DNA of 64,000 nucleotides from the IMG/VR virus record IMGVR_UViG_3300027771_001853, positions 186,001-250,000 of that record. One strand, written 5' to 3'. Below, piece by piece: positions 30,693 through 39,722 of the stretch. The translations under genes and the position numbers were made by a program. Below the pieces are notes generated by a model that worked only from the letters and a program-made list of their open reading frames with translations, had not been told where the DNA came from and did no database searches. The first letter of the stretch is position 1, and every line of letters starts with the position of its first letter.

Positions 30693-31682
30693 TTATTTTT
30701 CGTAATACTCTAACCAATATTCAATCATTTCATCTAACATTGTTTCAAATGTGTATTTGTGTTCCCAACCTAACATTTCTTTCGCTCTAGAACAATCACC
30801 TTTTAAGTGTTCTAGTTCTTCTGGTCTTAAAAACCTTTTATCTGTTTTAATATATTTTTCCCAATCTAGTTCTAGTGAGTTAAAAACATACTCAACCAAG
30901 TCTTGGACTGTGTGAGATACCCCTGTGGAACATACAAAGTCATCTGGTGTATCTTGTTGTAACATCAACCACATCGCTTCAACATAGTCTTTCGCGTGTC
31001 CCCAATCTCTACTAGCTTTCATATTACCCAATTTTAACTCATTGGTCAAACCTAATTTAATCTCTACAGCTATTTTAACCACTTTATTTGTTACAAAATT
31101 AGTTCCTCTTCTTGGTGATTCGTGATTGAACAGAATACCATTAGACACAAACATACCGTAAGAGTTTCTATAATTTTTACATATGTTATGTGCGTATACT
31201 TTAGCACAACCATATGGTGAAACTGGGTTTAACGGTGTTGTTTCTCTTTGGTACCCATCACTATCAATACTGTTACCAAACATTTCTGATGATGATGCTT
31301 GATATACCCTAGCCTTAGGACAAACTAATTTAATGGATTCTAGTAAATTTAATGTACCAGCACCTATACTTTCTAAAGTGTATTTTGGTTGGTCAAAACT
31401 TATCCTCACATGTGATTGAGCTGCTAGATTATACACCTCATCTGGTTTTGATTTACCCAATACTTTACATATTGAAGCCATGTCAGTCATGTCAGCATAT
31501 TCTAAATTTAATTTTTTATATATACTATCTGGTATCCTTGCAGTCTGATTCTCAGCTACAGAATTTCTTTTTAACATACCCCAAACTTCGTACCCTTTTT
31601 CTAATAACAACTCTGCTAGATATGAACCATCTTGTCCGTTAATCCCTGTTATTAAAGCTTTTTTCTTATTTGTATCCATCAT
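30693..31682 (-). CDS. gmd: GDP-mannose 4,6-dehydratase (copy A)
   Basis: ITGINGQDGSYL, AAQSHV, QASSSE, SPYGCAK, FNHESPRRG, RDWGHA. Confidence 0.95.
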   Translation of the reverse strand: MMDTNKKKALITGINGQDGSYLAELLLEKGYEVWGMLKRNSVAENQTARIPDSIYKKLNLEYADMTDMASICKVLGKSKPDEVYNLAAQSHVRISFDQPKYTLESIGAGTLNLLESIKLVCPKARVYQASSSEMFGNSIDSDGYQRETTPLNPVSPYGCAKVYAHNICKNYRNSYGMFVSNGILFNHESPRRGTNFVTNKVVKIAVEIKLGLTNELKLGNMKASRDWGHAKDYVEAMWLMLQQDTPDDFVCSTGVSHTVQDLVEYVFNSLELDWEKYIKTDKRFLRPEELEHLKGDCSRAKEMLGWEHKYTFETMLDEMIEYWLEYYEK

Positions 31683-32451
31683 ACTCAAATCTTTTTAAAT
31701 ATTTATCATATATATCCGGTCTTTTATTTATTATATAATCGTCAATCTGTTGACATGTATCGGGTAAAACATTCCCGTCTTTTCCTTGGTGTTCTTTTCT
31801 ATGCCCTGGCCCGGATTGGTACCTAAGTTTATCAGGGTCACCCCCTGTTGCTACACCTAGATGGATACCTACGTACCTATCTAACGATTTCTTTTTGTGG
31901 TCTTTAATATCCTCTACGAAATTATCTATATCTTCTTTATTAAACTTACCACCAAATTGTTTATACCATTCTACTATTTTCAATAATTCTTCTTTTGGGT
32001 TCATTATAAAATCTTCATAATAAACTAATATTTTTGGTCCAAGGTATAAATCATATAACTCTAACATTGCTAAGTAATCCGTATTTTCTTGGTCAGATAA
32101 AGGTAGTCCTTGTAAATCGTTTAATACCAAATTAATCGGTATTGGTTGGTCATCAATTCTACGATGTCTTACAATACATTCTTTATGGTTCCTAACAATT
32201 AAGAAATACCCTTCATTTTCACCAGGGAATGTACCCCAAAAATCAGTACCGTTACCATGTGTTTTATGTATAACAGCCTTTGGGTTGGATTGGGTTATGT
32301 TCGCTCCTCTTTCTTCAGAGTCGTCTGACCCTATAATCACTAAATCTGTTAATCTTTCTATACAATAACATAACCAGTTACTCCCAGAACGTGGATACGA
32401 TGCTATCGTAACTTTTCTATTATTTACTGAATCCTCATAAAATGTCCCCAT
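31666..32451 (-). CDS. Sulfotransferase (Sulfotransfer_1-like)
   Basis: ASYPRSGSNW 5'-PSB loop, KTH, IVRN, YEDF. Confidence 0.75.
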   Translation of the reverse strand: MGTFYEDSVNNRKVTIASYPRSGSNWLCYCIERLTDLVIIGSDDSEERGANITQSNPKAVIHKTHGNGTDFWGTFPGENEGYFLIVRNHKECIVRHRRIDDQPIPINLVLNDLQGLPLSDQENTDYLAMLELYDLYLGPKILVYYEDFIMNPKEELLKIVEWYKQFGGKFNKEDIDNFVEDIKDHKKKSLDRYVGIHLGVATGGDPDKLRYQSGPGHRKEHQGKDGNVLPDTCQQIDDYIINKRPDIYDKYLKRFEYDGYK

Positions 32452-33601
32452 AGTCGTTTATTATTTTACATATTTTATTTATTTCCTCCGTTTTTAAATC
32501 TTGGTGATTTGGTATATAGAACCCAAATTCGTGTAATAAGTCACAGTTTGGTAGTTTTGGCATCTCATAATGTTTTAACCAAAAAGGTTGCCTACCCATA
32601 GAACCAGCTATAAGTGGTCTAACTTCTATCCCTTCTTTGGTCATTACTTCCATAATCTTAGACCTATTCCTATTAACTATAGGATATGCAAAGCTGGATA
32701 TAAAATCAGATTTATCAACCCTTAAGTTAAGCATATTATTATTAATTTTTTTCTTATACAAATCAAAGTTACTTTTTCTAACCACACTAAAGTTATCTAA
32801 TTTATCTAATTGTCTTAACCCTAAAAAAGCCTGTAAGTCTGTAGCTCTAAGGTTAAACCCAGGGTAATAAAAAGTATAAGCTTTATTTTCAGGTGATACG
32901 TCCCATTCATCACTTAATTCTTTAGCGTCTTCTGTGGATAAATCTCTATCCCACCCATGACTTCTTAAAGCTAAAAGAATGTTATATATCTCTTTGTCAT
33001 CTGTGTTTATTAATCCACCCTCAATGGTAGATAAATGGTGTCCGTAATATAAAGAAAAACAAGACATAAGTCCTGCGGTACCTAAATAATCACCTTTAAA
33101 TTTAGACCCCATACTTTCACATGTGTCCTCCAAAAGTGTTACATCATACTTATCACACAGTTCTACTATTTTAGTCATATCAGGTACTAGACCTAACACT
33201 GTAACTAATAATAAACATGTCGGGGTTTCTTTTATGAATAACTCCTCTAAATGCCCTAAATCCACAGATAGGTCTTCCATATTAGAATCACATAGTATTG
33301 GTTGTAAACCTAACTGCATGACAGAAGAAACGTCTGTTACCCAAGATAGTGAAGGTACTATGATTTTATCGTTTTTTAACCTACCACTAGTTTTTAAAGC
33401 GTACAACATTAATAATATAGCTGAGGAACCAGAATTAACAAATACACTGTATTTGGTTCCTAACTTTTTTGCCCATTTTTTTTCAAACTTTACAGTTAAA
33501 GGCCCTTTAGTTAACCTAGGTACCTCATCACCACCTGTTAACCACTCAGCTAAAACAGCCATGTCTTTTTTACTTATAGTATCACCAACTAATTTAGTCA
33601 T
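32435..33601 (-). CDS. colD: DegT-family PLP enzyme, ColD-type GDP-4-keto-6-deoxymannose 3-dehydratase
   Basis: VNSGSSA, EDTCESMG, SLYYGHHLSTIEGG (His in place of Schiff-base Lys), RSHGW, GFNLR; likely start MTKLVGD. Confidence 0.7.
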   Translation of the reverse strand: MTKLVGDTISKKDMAVLAEWLTGGDEVPRLTKGPLTVKFEKKWAKKLGTKYSVFVNSGSSAILLMLYALKTSGRLKNDKIIVPSLSWVTDVSSVMQLGLQPILCDSNMEDLSVDLGHLEELFIKETPTCLLLVTVLGLVPDMTKIVELCDKYDVTLLEDTCESMGSKFKGDYLGTAGLMSCFSLYYGHHLSTIEGGLINTDDKEIYNILLALRSHGWDRDLSTEDAKELSDEWDVSPENKAYTFYYPGFNLRATDLQAFLGLRQLDKLDNFSVVRKSNFDLYKKKINNNMLNLRVDKSDFISSFAYPIVNRNRSKIMEVMTKEGIEVRPLIAGSMGRQPFWLKHYEMPKLPNCDLLHEFGFYIPNHQDLKTEEINKICKIINDYGDIL

Positions 33602-33603
33602 CT

Positions 33604-34728
33604 TTAATTGTTTTTTGTGGTTATAATACAAGGTGAGGTTTTTATCTTATCTAAAAACTTCATGTATATTATTTCAAATCTTTCATCTCTACAAATTAAA
33701 CTAAAAGGAACTAATGGTTCTCCGTGACCATAACTTACCATATCCCATAATTCATATTCTAATTCTACAGTTTTGGTTGTGGTTTTTTCACTACCATTTT
33801 TTAATTCTTTTACGAAGTTTTTAACCCATTTTTTCACATCTCCGTTTGGTTTCCAACCCAACTTATTTTTAATTTTACTTATGTCCGCTAAAGTTGCTTT
33901 TGGTTCTAACCTATCACCTATATATTCTACATGACTATTAGTGTGATGTTCAAATAAAACTGCTAACTCATTTATGGTGACGTTATCAGAGTTCCCAACA
34001 TTATAAACCCCACCATTAAGTTTGTCTGTATGTGTTGCCGATAATAGGTTAGCGTTTACAACATCACCTACATATGTAAAATCCCTTCTCTGTTCCCCAT
34101 CATTTGTTATTGTAATATTTTTACCTTCTTCTACTTGACCTGCCCATATACCCAAAACTGTACAGTATGCCCCTTCTCTTGTCATTCTATCACCATACAC
34201 ATTAAAGTACCTTAAACATACCGTATCTAACCCGTACACATCACTAAACAATTTACAATAGTCTTCACAAATCATCTTTTGTGCTGCATATGGTGACATT
34301 GGGTTTCTAGGTAATTCTTCTGATGTTGGCATTACTTCCGCGTCTCCGTATATTGATGACGAAGACGATAGTACAAATCTTTTTACTTTTGAGTCTGCAC
34401 AAGCTTTCAATAACTTTAGAGTAGCAGTAACATTGTTTTCGTTAAACATTACTGGGTCTTCAATCGAGGGTTGTACTCTTGCCATGGCGGCAAAATGGAA
34501 TACCGCGTCAACATCTTCTAGATATTCACTTATAGTTTCTACTTCGGCTGTAACTAAATCTTGTTCCCAAAAATACGCAGCTGAATTAATATTTTCTCTT
34601 TTACCTGTGGATAGATTATCTATTACGGTAACTTGTACCCCCATATCCACTAACCTATCTACCATATTTGAACCGATAAATCCAGCTCCTCCGGTAACTA
34701 CTGCTTTTTTAATTTTATTTTCTTGCAT
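33604..34728 (-). CDS. NAD-dependent NDP-sugar epimerase/dehydratase
   Basis: TGGAGFIGS, SSSSIYG, YAAQK, LRYFNVYG, RDFTYV. Confidence 0.9.
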   Translation of the reverse strand: MQENKIKKAVVTGGAGFIGSNMVDRLVDMGVQVTVIDNLSTGKRENINSAAYFWEQDLVTAEVETISEYLEDVDAVFHFAAMARVQPSIEDPVMFNENNVTATLKLLKACADSKVKRFVLSSSSSIYGDAEVMPTSEELPRNPMSPYAAQKMICEDYCKLFSDVYGLDTVCLRYFNVYGDRMTREGAYCTVLGIWAGQVEEGKNITITNDGEQRRDFTYVGDVVNANLLSATHTDKLNGGVYNVGNSDNVTINELAVLFEHHTNSHVEYIGDRLEPKATLADISKIKNKLGWKPNGDVKKWVKNFVKELKNGSEKTTTKTVELEYELWDMVSYGHGEPLVPFSLICRDERFEIIYMKFLDKIKTSPCIITTKNN

Positions 34729-35617
34729 AATTATAATTTTTTATAAACCATTCTACGGTTTTTTCTACACCTTCTCTTAATGGTGTGTATTTAAAATCTG
34801 GATTCAACTCGGTAAACTTGGTATTATCACTAGGTTTTCTGAATTGTCCATCTGTCTTATCTGTTTCCCATAAAATATCACCTTTAAAATCCATAACGTC
34901 AACTATTGTCTCAACAAGTTCTTTTATTGAGTATTCGGTAGATGTTGAGGTTATTAGTGGTTCTGGGGAATCGTAGTTATTTAAAGCCCACATAGATATG
35001 TCACCAGCATCTTGTGAGTATAGTAACTCTCTTTGGGGTTTTCCTGTCCCCCAAACTTTCAATGGTGTGTTATTTTTTTTCGCTAGGTAACATTTGTGTA
35101 CTAAAGATGGGACTACGTGACCCTCATCAATCTTAAAATTATCCCTAGGCCCATATATGTTACACGGTACTATAGAAACATAATTCACACCATACTGTTC
35201 TCTATATGTTCTAATCTGTACTTCAGCTAATCTTTTAGAATATGAATACCCTAAACTTGTTGGGTGTGGTTCTCCTGAATGTATCTGGTCGGAAGTTAAT
35301 GGATAGTTTGCGTTCACTGGGAAAATACATGTAGATAATAAACATACTAATTTTTTAACCCCAACTAACCTAGAAACCTCTAGTACATTAGTATTAATCA
35401 TAGTATTCTTATAAAGGAATTCACCTTTTAATTTAGAGTTGATTCCGACACCACCTATTTTTCCAGCACAATGAATCACAGCCTCCGGTGAGTGTTTCTT
35501 AAAAAACGCTAAAGTTTCATCAAAATTAGTTAAATCGCACTCTTTAGAAGCAAATGTGACATCCGCATCTATAGTAGAACCAACCATACCATTACCACCA
35601 GTTACTAATAGTTTCAT
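34715..35617 (-). CDS. fcl: GDP-L-fucose synthase / ColC-like epimerase-reductase
   Basis: TGGNGMVG, GGVG.N, STCIFP, YSYSK, NIYGP.DNF, HVVPSL, WGTGKP.RE. Confidence 0.9.
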   Translation of the reverse strand: MKLLVTGGNGMVGSTIDADVTFASKECDLTNFDETLAFFKKHSPEAVIHCAGKIGGVGINSKLKGEFLYKNTMINTNVLEVSRLVGVKKLVCLLSTCIFPVNANYPLTSDQIHSGEPHPTSLGYSYSKRLAEVQIRTYREQYGVNYVSIVPCNIYGPRDNFKIDEGHVVPSLVHKCYLAKKNNTPLKVWGTGKPQRELLYSQDAGDISMWALNNYDSPEPLITSTSTEYSIKELVETIVDVMDFKGDILWETDKTDGQFRKPSDNTKFTELNPDFKYTPLREGVEKTVEWFIKNYNYARK

Positions 35618-35619
35618 AA

Positions 35620-36597
35620 TTAATTGTTTTTAGAATAATACACCAACCAATAATCAACCATCTCTTCCATTAACATTTTAAATGTGTATTTAGGTTCCCA
35701 ACCCAACTCAGTTCTAATTTTAGTTGAGTCACCCTTTAAGTACGGTAGTTCCTCTGGTCTCATAAATTTAGGATTCTGTTCGATGTAGTCTTCATAATCT
35801 AAATCTAAATATTTAAACACTAGTTCACACATTTCTCTAACAGAGTGTGTCTCCATAGTTGATACTACCCAGTCTCCTGGTTCATCGTGTTGCATCATTA
35901 AATGCATCGCTCTTACATAATCCCAAGAATGTCCCCAGTCTCTAAAAGAGTCCATATTACCCAATTCTAAATTATCTTGTAAACCTAATTTTATTCTTGC
36001 GGCCGCTTTTACGACTTTATTAGTTACAAAATTACTACCCCTCCTAGGTGATTCATGATTAAATAGAATACCGTTAGTTGCGTGTAATTTATAAGCTCTC
36101 CTATAATTCCTAATCATATTATACCCAAAAACTTTTGAGCACCCATATGGGGAAACTGGGTTCATGACCGTTGTCTCTCTTTGGGATTTGTCTTCATCCA
36201 CAGTTAGTCCAAACATTTCTGAACTACTTGCTTGGTAGAATTTTGAATCTGGACAACTTCTTCTATATGCCTCCAACATATTAAGTACACCCATTGCATT
36301 TGTTTGTACTGTAAATTGTGGTATGTCAAAGCTAATTCTTACATGACTTTGAGCAGCTAAATTATATATCTCATCTGGTTGTATTTCATCCAGTAATCTT
36401 TCTATACCACCTTGGTCCAATAAGTCCCCATAGTACGTATGTATTTTATCTTCTAGGTGTACAATCCTTGTATCTTGGTTCTCGGCTGTAGAATTTCTTC
36501 TAACTATCCCATGTACTTCGTAACCTAATTCTAGTAGATACTCCGCTAAGTAACTACCGTCCTGTCCTGCTATTCCTGTTATAAATGCTTTTTTCAT
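35620..36597 (-). CDS. gmd: GDP-mannose 4,6-dehydratase (copy B)
   Basis: ITGIAGQDGSYL, AAQSHV, QASSSE, FNHESPRRG; likely start MKKAFIT at 36597. Confidence 0.95.
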   Translation of the reverse strand: MKKAFITGIAGQDGSYLAEYLLELGYEVHGIVRRNSTAENQDTRIVHLEDKIHTYYGDLLDQGGIERLLDEIQPDEIYNLAAQSHVRISFDIPQFTVQTNAMGVLNMLEAYRRSCPDSKFYQASSSEMFGLTVDEDKSQRETTVMNPVSPYGCSKVFGYNMIRNYRRAYKLHATNGILFNHESPRRGSNFVTNKVVKAAARIKLGLQDNLELGNMDSFRDWGHSWDYVRAMHLMMQHDEPGDWVVSTMETHSVREMCELVFKYLDLDYEDYIEQNPKFMRPEELPYLKGDSTKIRTELGWEPKYTFKMLMEEMVDYWLVYYSKNN

Positions 36598-37181
36598 TTG
36601 AATATCTCCATTTTTGTTAAATCTGGCCAGTCTTCGACTACCCATTGTTTTGGTTTAATTTTAATAGCCTCAGGTAACTTTTTCAAACCTAAGGCTGCTG
36701 TTTCTGGTGTCATGTAGTAATGGTACCCAATAGTGTCTATATTTTGTTTCGTCCATGGTACATCAGGAACCCTACCATCATAAGACATTTTTTTTAGTTT
36801 TAATGCCGCGTCTTTACTATCAGTTAATATCACACCACCCCTACCTAAACTTAAGTGTTTTTTAAATTGGAAGCTGACACACATAAACGTACCGGGAATA
36901 TAACTATCTTTTTCCCATAGTACCGCAGCGTCTATTATATTATGGTTTAAATAATAATAATTTACCCAATCGTCATTTCTCCATTTTAAATTTATCCCTA
37001 ATTTATTGGATAGGAATGGGATTGATAGATACGTTCTATGTGGTACATTAATGGTTTTTACTTTATCACGTCTTAGACAAAGTTCCACCCCATGAGTACA
37101 ACAGTCTACCGCTACCGCATACGGTGAACCAAAAAATTCCGCAATCTTATCTTCAAATGTTTTTATAACCTCAAAACTCAT
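36594..37181 (-). CDS. Short DegT/DnrJ-family PLP-dependent aminotransferase-like protein
   Basis: FE..IA.F.G..YAVAVD.CT, IDAA, SFQFKKHL..G.GG, GYHYYM; only ~195 aa. Confidence 0.7.
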   Translation of the reverse strand: MSFEVIKTFEDKIAEFFGSPYAVAVDCCTHGVELCLRRDKVKTINVPHRTYLSIPFLSNKLGINLKWRNDDWVNYYYLNHNIIDAAVLWEKDSYIPGTFMCVSFQFKKHLSLGRGGVILTDSKDAALKLKKMSYDGRVPDVPWTKQNIDTIGYHYYMTPETAALGLKKLPEAIKIKPKQWVVEDWPDLTKMEIFK

Positions 37182-37183
37182 AT

Positions 37184-37753
37184 CTATCTTTTTTTCATTA
37201 TGTGCCTCTTTTGACACTGAACATTTAAACTTATTGATGTTCCGTGTTCTTTATCCATATGTGGTAGGTAAGCTTGGGAGTGGTCATCAAAGTCAGAATG
37301 TTCGGTTTTTCTCCAATCATATCTAGCTATCCCATCAAAATCCAGTTTATCTAACACCCCTTTAAGACTTTTAAAATCGTACACCGTTTTATGGTATATT
37401 GTTTCTTCGTCCATTGTCATCTTACCGTATAAAGGACCTAGTATGTCTTTTAATTCTAAATTACCATTAGAATATAGTGCTGACATGTTAGTAAAGTCTG
37501 GTACAGCCAAACGTAAGTGACCTCCTTGTATTAAAACTCTTTTCCATTCAGTTAATAGTGCATTTATTTCATCCCTGTCAAAATACTCTATAACGTGAGA
37601 AGAATATATTAAGGAAACACTTTCATCCTCATAAGGTAAACTGAAAATATCTCTTGATTTTAAATGTGGGTAATCACCACCATCTATGTGGTCCCAACTT
37701 GGGCCAAAATTTCTCCAACCACAACCTAAATTTAATTTTATATCTGATTTCAT
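37184..37753 (-). CDS. Class I SAM-dependent methyltransferase
   Basis: KLNLGCG, LPYED.SV..IYSSHVIE, W.RVL..GG.LRLAVPD. Confidence 0.85.
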   Translation of the reverse strand: MKSDIKLNLGCGWRNFGPSWDHIDGGDYPHLKSRDIFSLPYEDESVSLIYSSHVIEYFDRDEINALLTEWKRVLIQGGHLRLAVPDFTNMSALYSNGNLELKDILGPLYGKMTMDEETIYHKTVYDFKSLKGVLDKLDFDGIARYDWRKTEHSDFDDHSQAYLPHMDKEHGTSISLNVQCQKRHIMKKR

Positions 37754-37759
37754 ATTTTA

Positions 37760-38176
37760 TTATTTTATAAATGTTTTATCTAATTCTTGCCCTTCATATG
37801 GGCCTGTTTTATACTCATAAACTACCGTATCATCCTCTAGAATTTCATAGGTGTGTCCCCCTTCTAATGTAATGGAACAATCACCAGCTTCTAAGATGGG
37901 TGTACATAATATTTCATGGTCTATATCGTAAAATATACATTTTACTTTACCTTTAATTACCACCCAAGATTCTTGAGCGATAACTTTGTCTGTTGGTGTA
38001 TCTTTAAAGAAGTGGTAGTGTGCTTTAAAAGTTTGTCCACCTTGTAACTTCATAGTTGCTAACTGAAGAAAGTGATTTTCTGGTATCACATTATTTCTAG
38101 GTGTGGTAATATCACTTAGCCTATTTATTATATGTAATAATTTTGTTGGTTCTTGTTTAGAGTAGTATGTTTCCAT
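37760..38176 (-). CDS. WbuC-like cupin metalloprotein
   Basis: HYH...QESWVV..G...GGHTY..E.K.GPY. Confidence 0.7.
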   Translation of the reverse strand: METYYSKQEPTKLLHIINRLSDITTPRNNVIPENHFLQLATMKLQGGQTFKAHYHFFKDTPTDKVIAQESWVVIKGKVKCIFYDIDHEILCTPILEAGDCSITLEGGHTYEILEDDTVVYEYKTGPYEGQELDKTFIK

Positions 38177-38192
38177 TTTTATATTTTCAATT

Positions 38193-39056
38193 TTATCTTT
38201 GTGATAGTATAATAGCTAATTCAGCGAATGTACTTCTGTTATCGTATATCCCTATTGTTGTTTCCGCTAATAAGAACATGTCTTCCACAGCTTCTTGTGC
38301 GTGGTCTTTAGTTATGTAGAAATTGTTATGGTTTAACCATGAAACAGTTTCATCTTCTTTAATTATATAATTTTCTTTTTTCCTAAATAAAACGTTGTTA
38401 GGGTAAGAATTAACAATTGTTTTTTCCATTTCTGGGTCTTCAGTGGATATGAAAAACTTCTGGTTAGGGTTTTTTTCTAAATACGGTAACATATTTTTCA
38501 TATAAGCATCAACACTTGAGTCTAGAAAATCAGTACCTCTTGCGTGTATACCAATAACATCTTTAGATAGTCCTAAATCATTTTTAATCTTATCTATATT
38601 ATCTTGTATCGATTTTATGGGTTTTAGTGACCTAATAAAATCATGACTCTTTTCTAAATTTACACCTTCTAAAAAACTTATATTAAAGACTAGAATATTT
38701 TCTTGTTGGTCATCGTGAGTGTATGAATGTTTTCCATCAGCACCATACAAATCAGTAAGATTACGTAATGTATCGTTTTTAAACTCCCAATCTTCCCTAT
38801 CAGCATCATATTTGTTGATGCACATTTTATAATTTTTTAATTCTTTTAACTCTTCTAAACTTATTGTTTGTAATTCATTCTCAAAAAGTTCATCTAGTTT
38901 AGCTAGACAACCATTAGGGATTAGATTGTCCCAGTATATTTTTAATTCCCTATCAGTTTCTTGTGAAATAACATAACAAGATGCTACACATCTTAATCTG
39001 TTCCCTAAACCGCTAGTAACGTATGGTATTATTGTTTTCATATTATCTTGGGTCAT
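38193..39056 (-). CDS. NodZ/O-FucT-like fucosyltransferase (GT-B)
   Basis: SGLGNRL, IGIHARGTDF, FFISTED, A..DM..L, STF. Confidence 0.7.
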   Translation of the reverse strand: MTQDNMKTIIPYVTSGLGNRLRCVASCYVISQETDRELKIYWDNLIPNGCLAKLDELFENELQTISLEELKELKNYKMCINKYDADREDWEFKNDTLRNLTDLYGADGKHSYTHDDQQENILVFNISFLEGVNLEKSHDFIRSLKPIKSIQDNIDKIKNDLGLSKDVIGIHARGTDFLDSSVDAYMKNMLPYLEKNPNQKFFISTEDPEMEKTIVNSYPNNVLFRKKENYIIKEDETVSWLNHNNFYITKDHAQEAVEDMFLLAETTIGIYDNRSTFAELAIILSQR

Positions 39057-39687
39057 ATCCCCATTTTTTAATAAAGTATCTTGTATTATGACCTATTATA
39101 GCATCAGACCTATCACCGTCAGCGTAAATTTCTATTCCGTGGTCAGCTCTAGTAAGTTCCACATCCATTGTAACACTATAGTTATTCTCTTTAATCCTAT
39201 TACCTAAATCTTGGTCTTCATGACCATAATGACCATCAAACTCAGGGTCAAATAACCCTATTTTATCTATTACTGATTTTCTTATACCTAAATTAGCAGT
39301 ACTAAACCAAGAATTAGCACGGGCACCATCAGGGAATTGTACTATTCCCCTACATGCGTCAAAATCTTTTAATGTGTCTAAATGTGACTGTACAAAATCT
39401 CTATAATGTGGTATACAATCATCATCCAATAATATTATGTATGGTGACACACACATCGCTACGGATTCATTAAATCTACCAACCCTATGGTAACCAATAT
39501 CTTCGTTCCAAATATATTTTGTTATAACTTGGAAGTCTGATGGGTTTATTCTGTCCTTACCCCCATCATCATTTATTATCAAATTAAAGTCCATGTTGGT
39601 TTGTTGTGATAAATTGTTAACTATCTGTGTTAACCTATCTGGTCTATTATATGTGGTGATAATTATGTCTATGCTTTTTTCTTTCAT
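39043..39687 (-). CDS. Glycosyltransferase family 2
   Basis: IIITTYNR, NDDG, LLDDD, IGLFD..F.G.YG.ED. Confidence 0.85.
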   Translation of the reverse strand: MKEKSIDIIITTYNRPDRLTQIVNNLSQQTNMDFNLIINDDGGKDRINPSDFQVITKYIWNEDIGYHRVGRFNESVAMCVSPYIILLDDDCIPHYRDFVQSHLDTLKDFDACRGIVQFPDGARANSWFSTANLGIRKSVIDKIGLFDPEFDGHYGHEDQDLGNRIKENNYSVTMDVELTRADHGIEIYADGDRSDAIIGHNTRYFIKKWGYDPR

Positions 39688-39691
39688 ATTT

Positions 39692-39722
39692 AAAATGTAT
39701 TAAAATATTTTAATAAAGTCAC
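39692..39722 (-). promoter_or_regulatory. Putative Bacteroidota-type -33/-7 promoter (weak)
   Basis: GTG-N20-TACATTTT upstream of the 39687 start. Confidence 0.35.
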
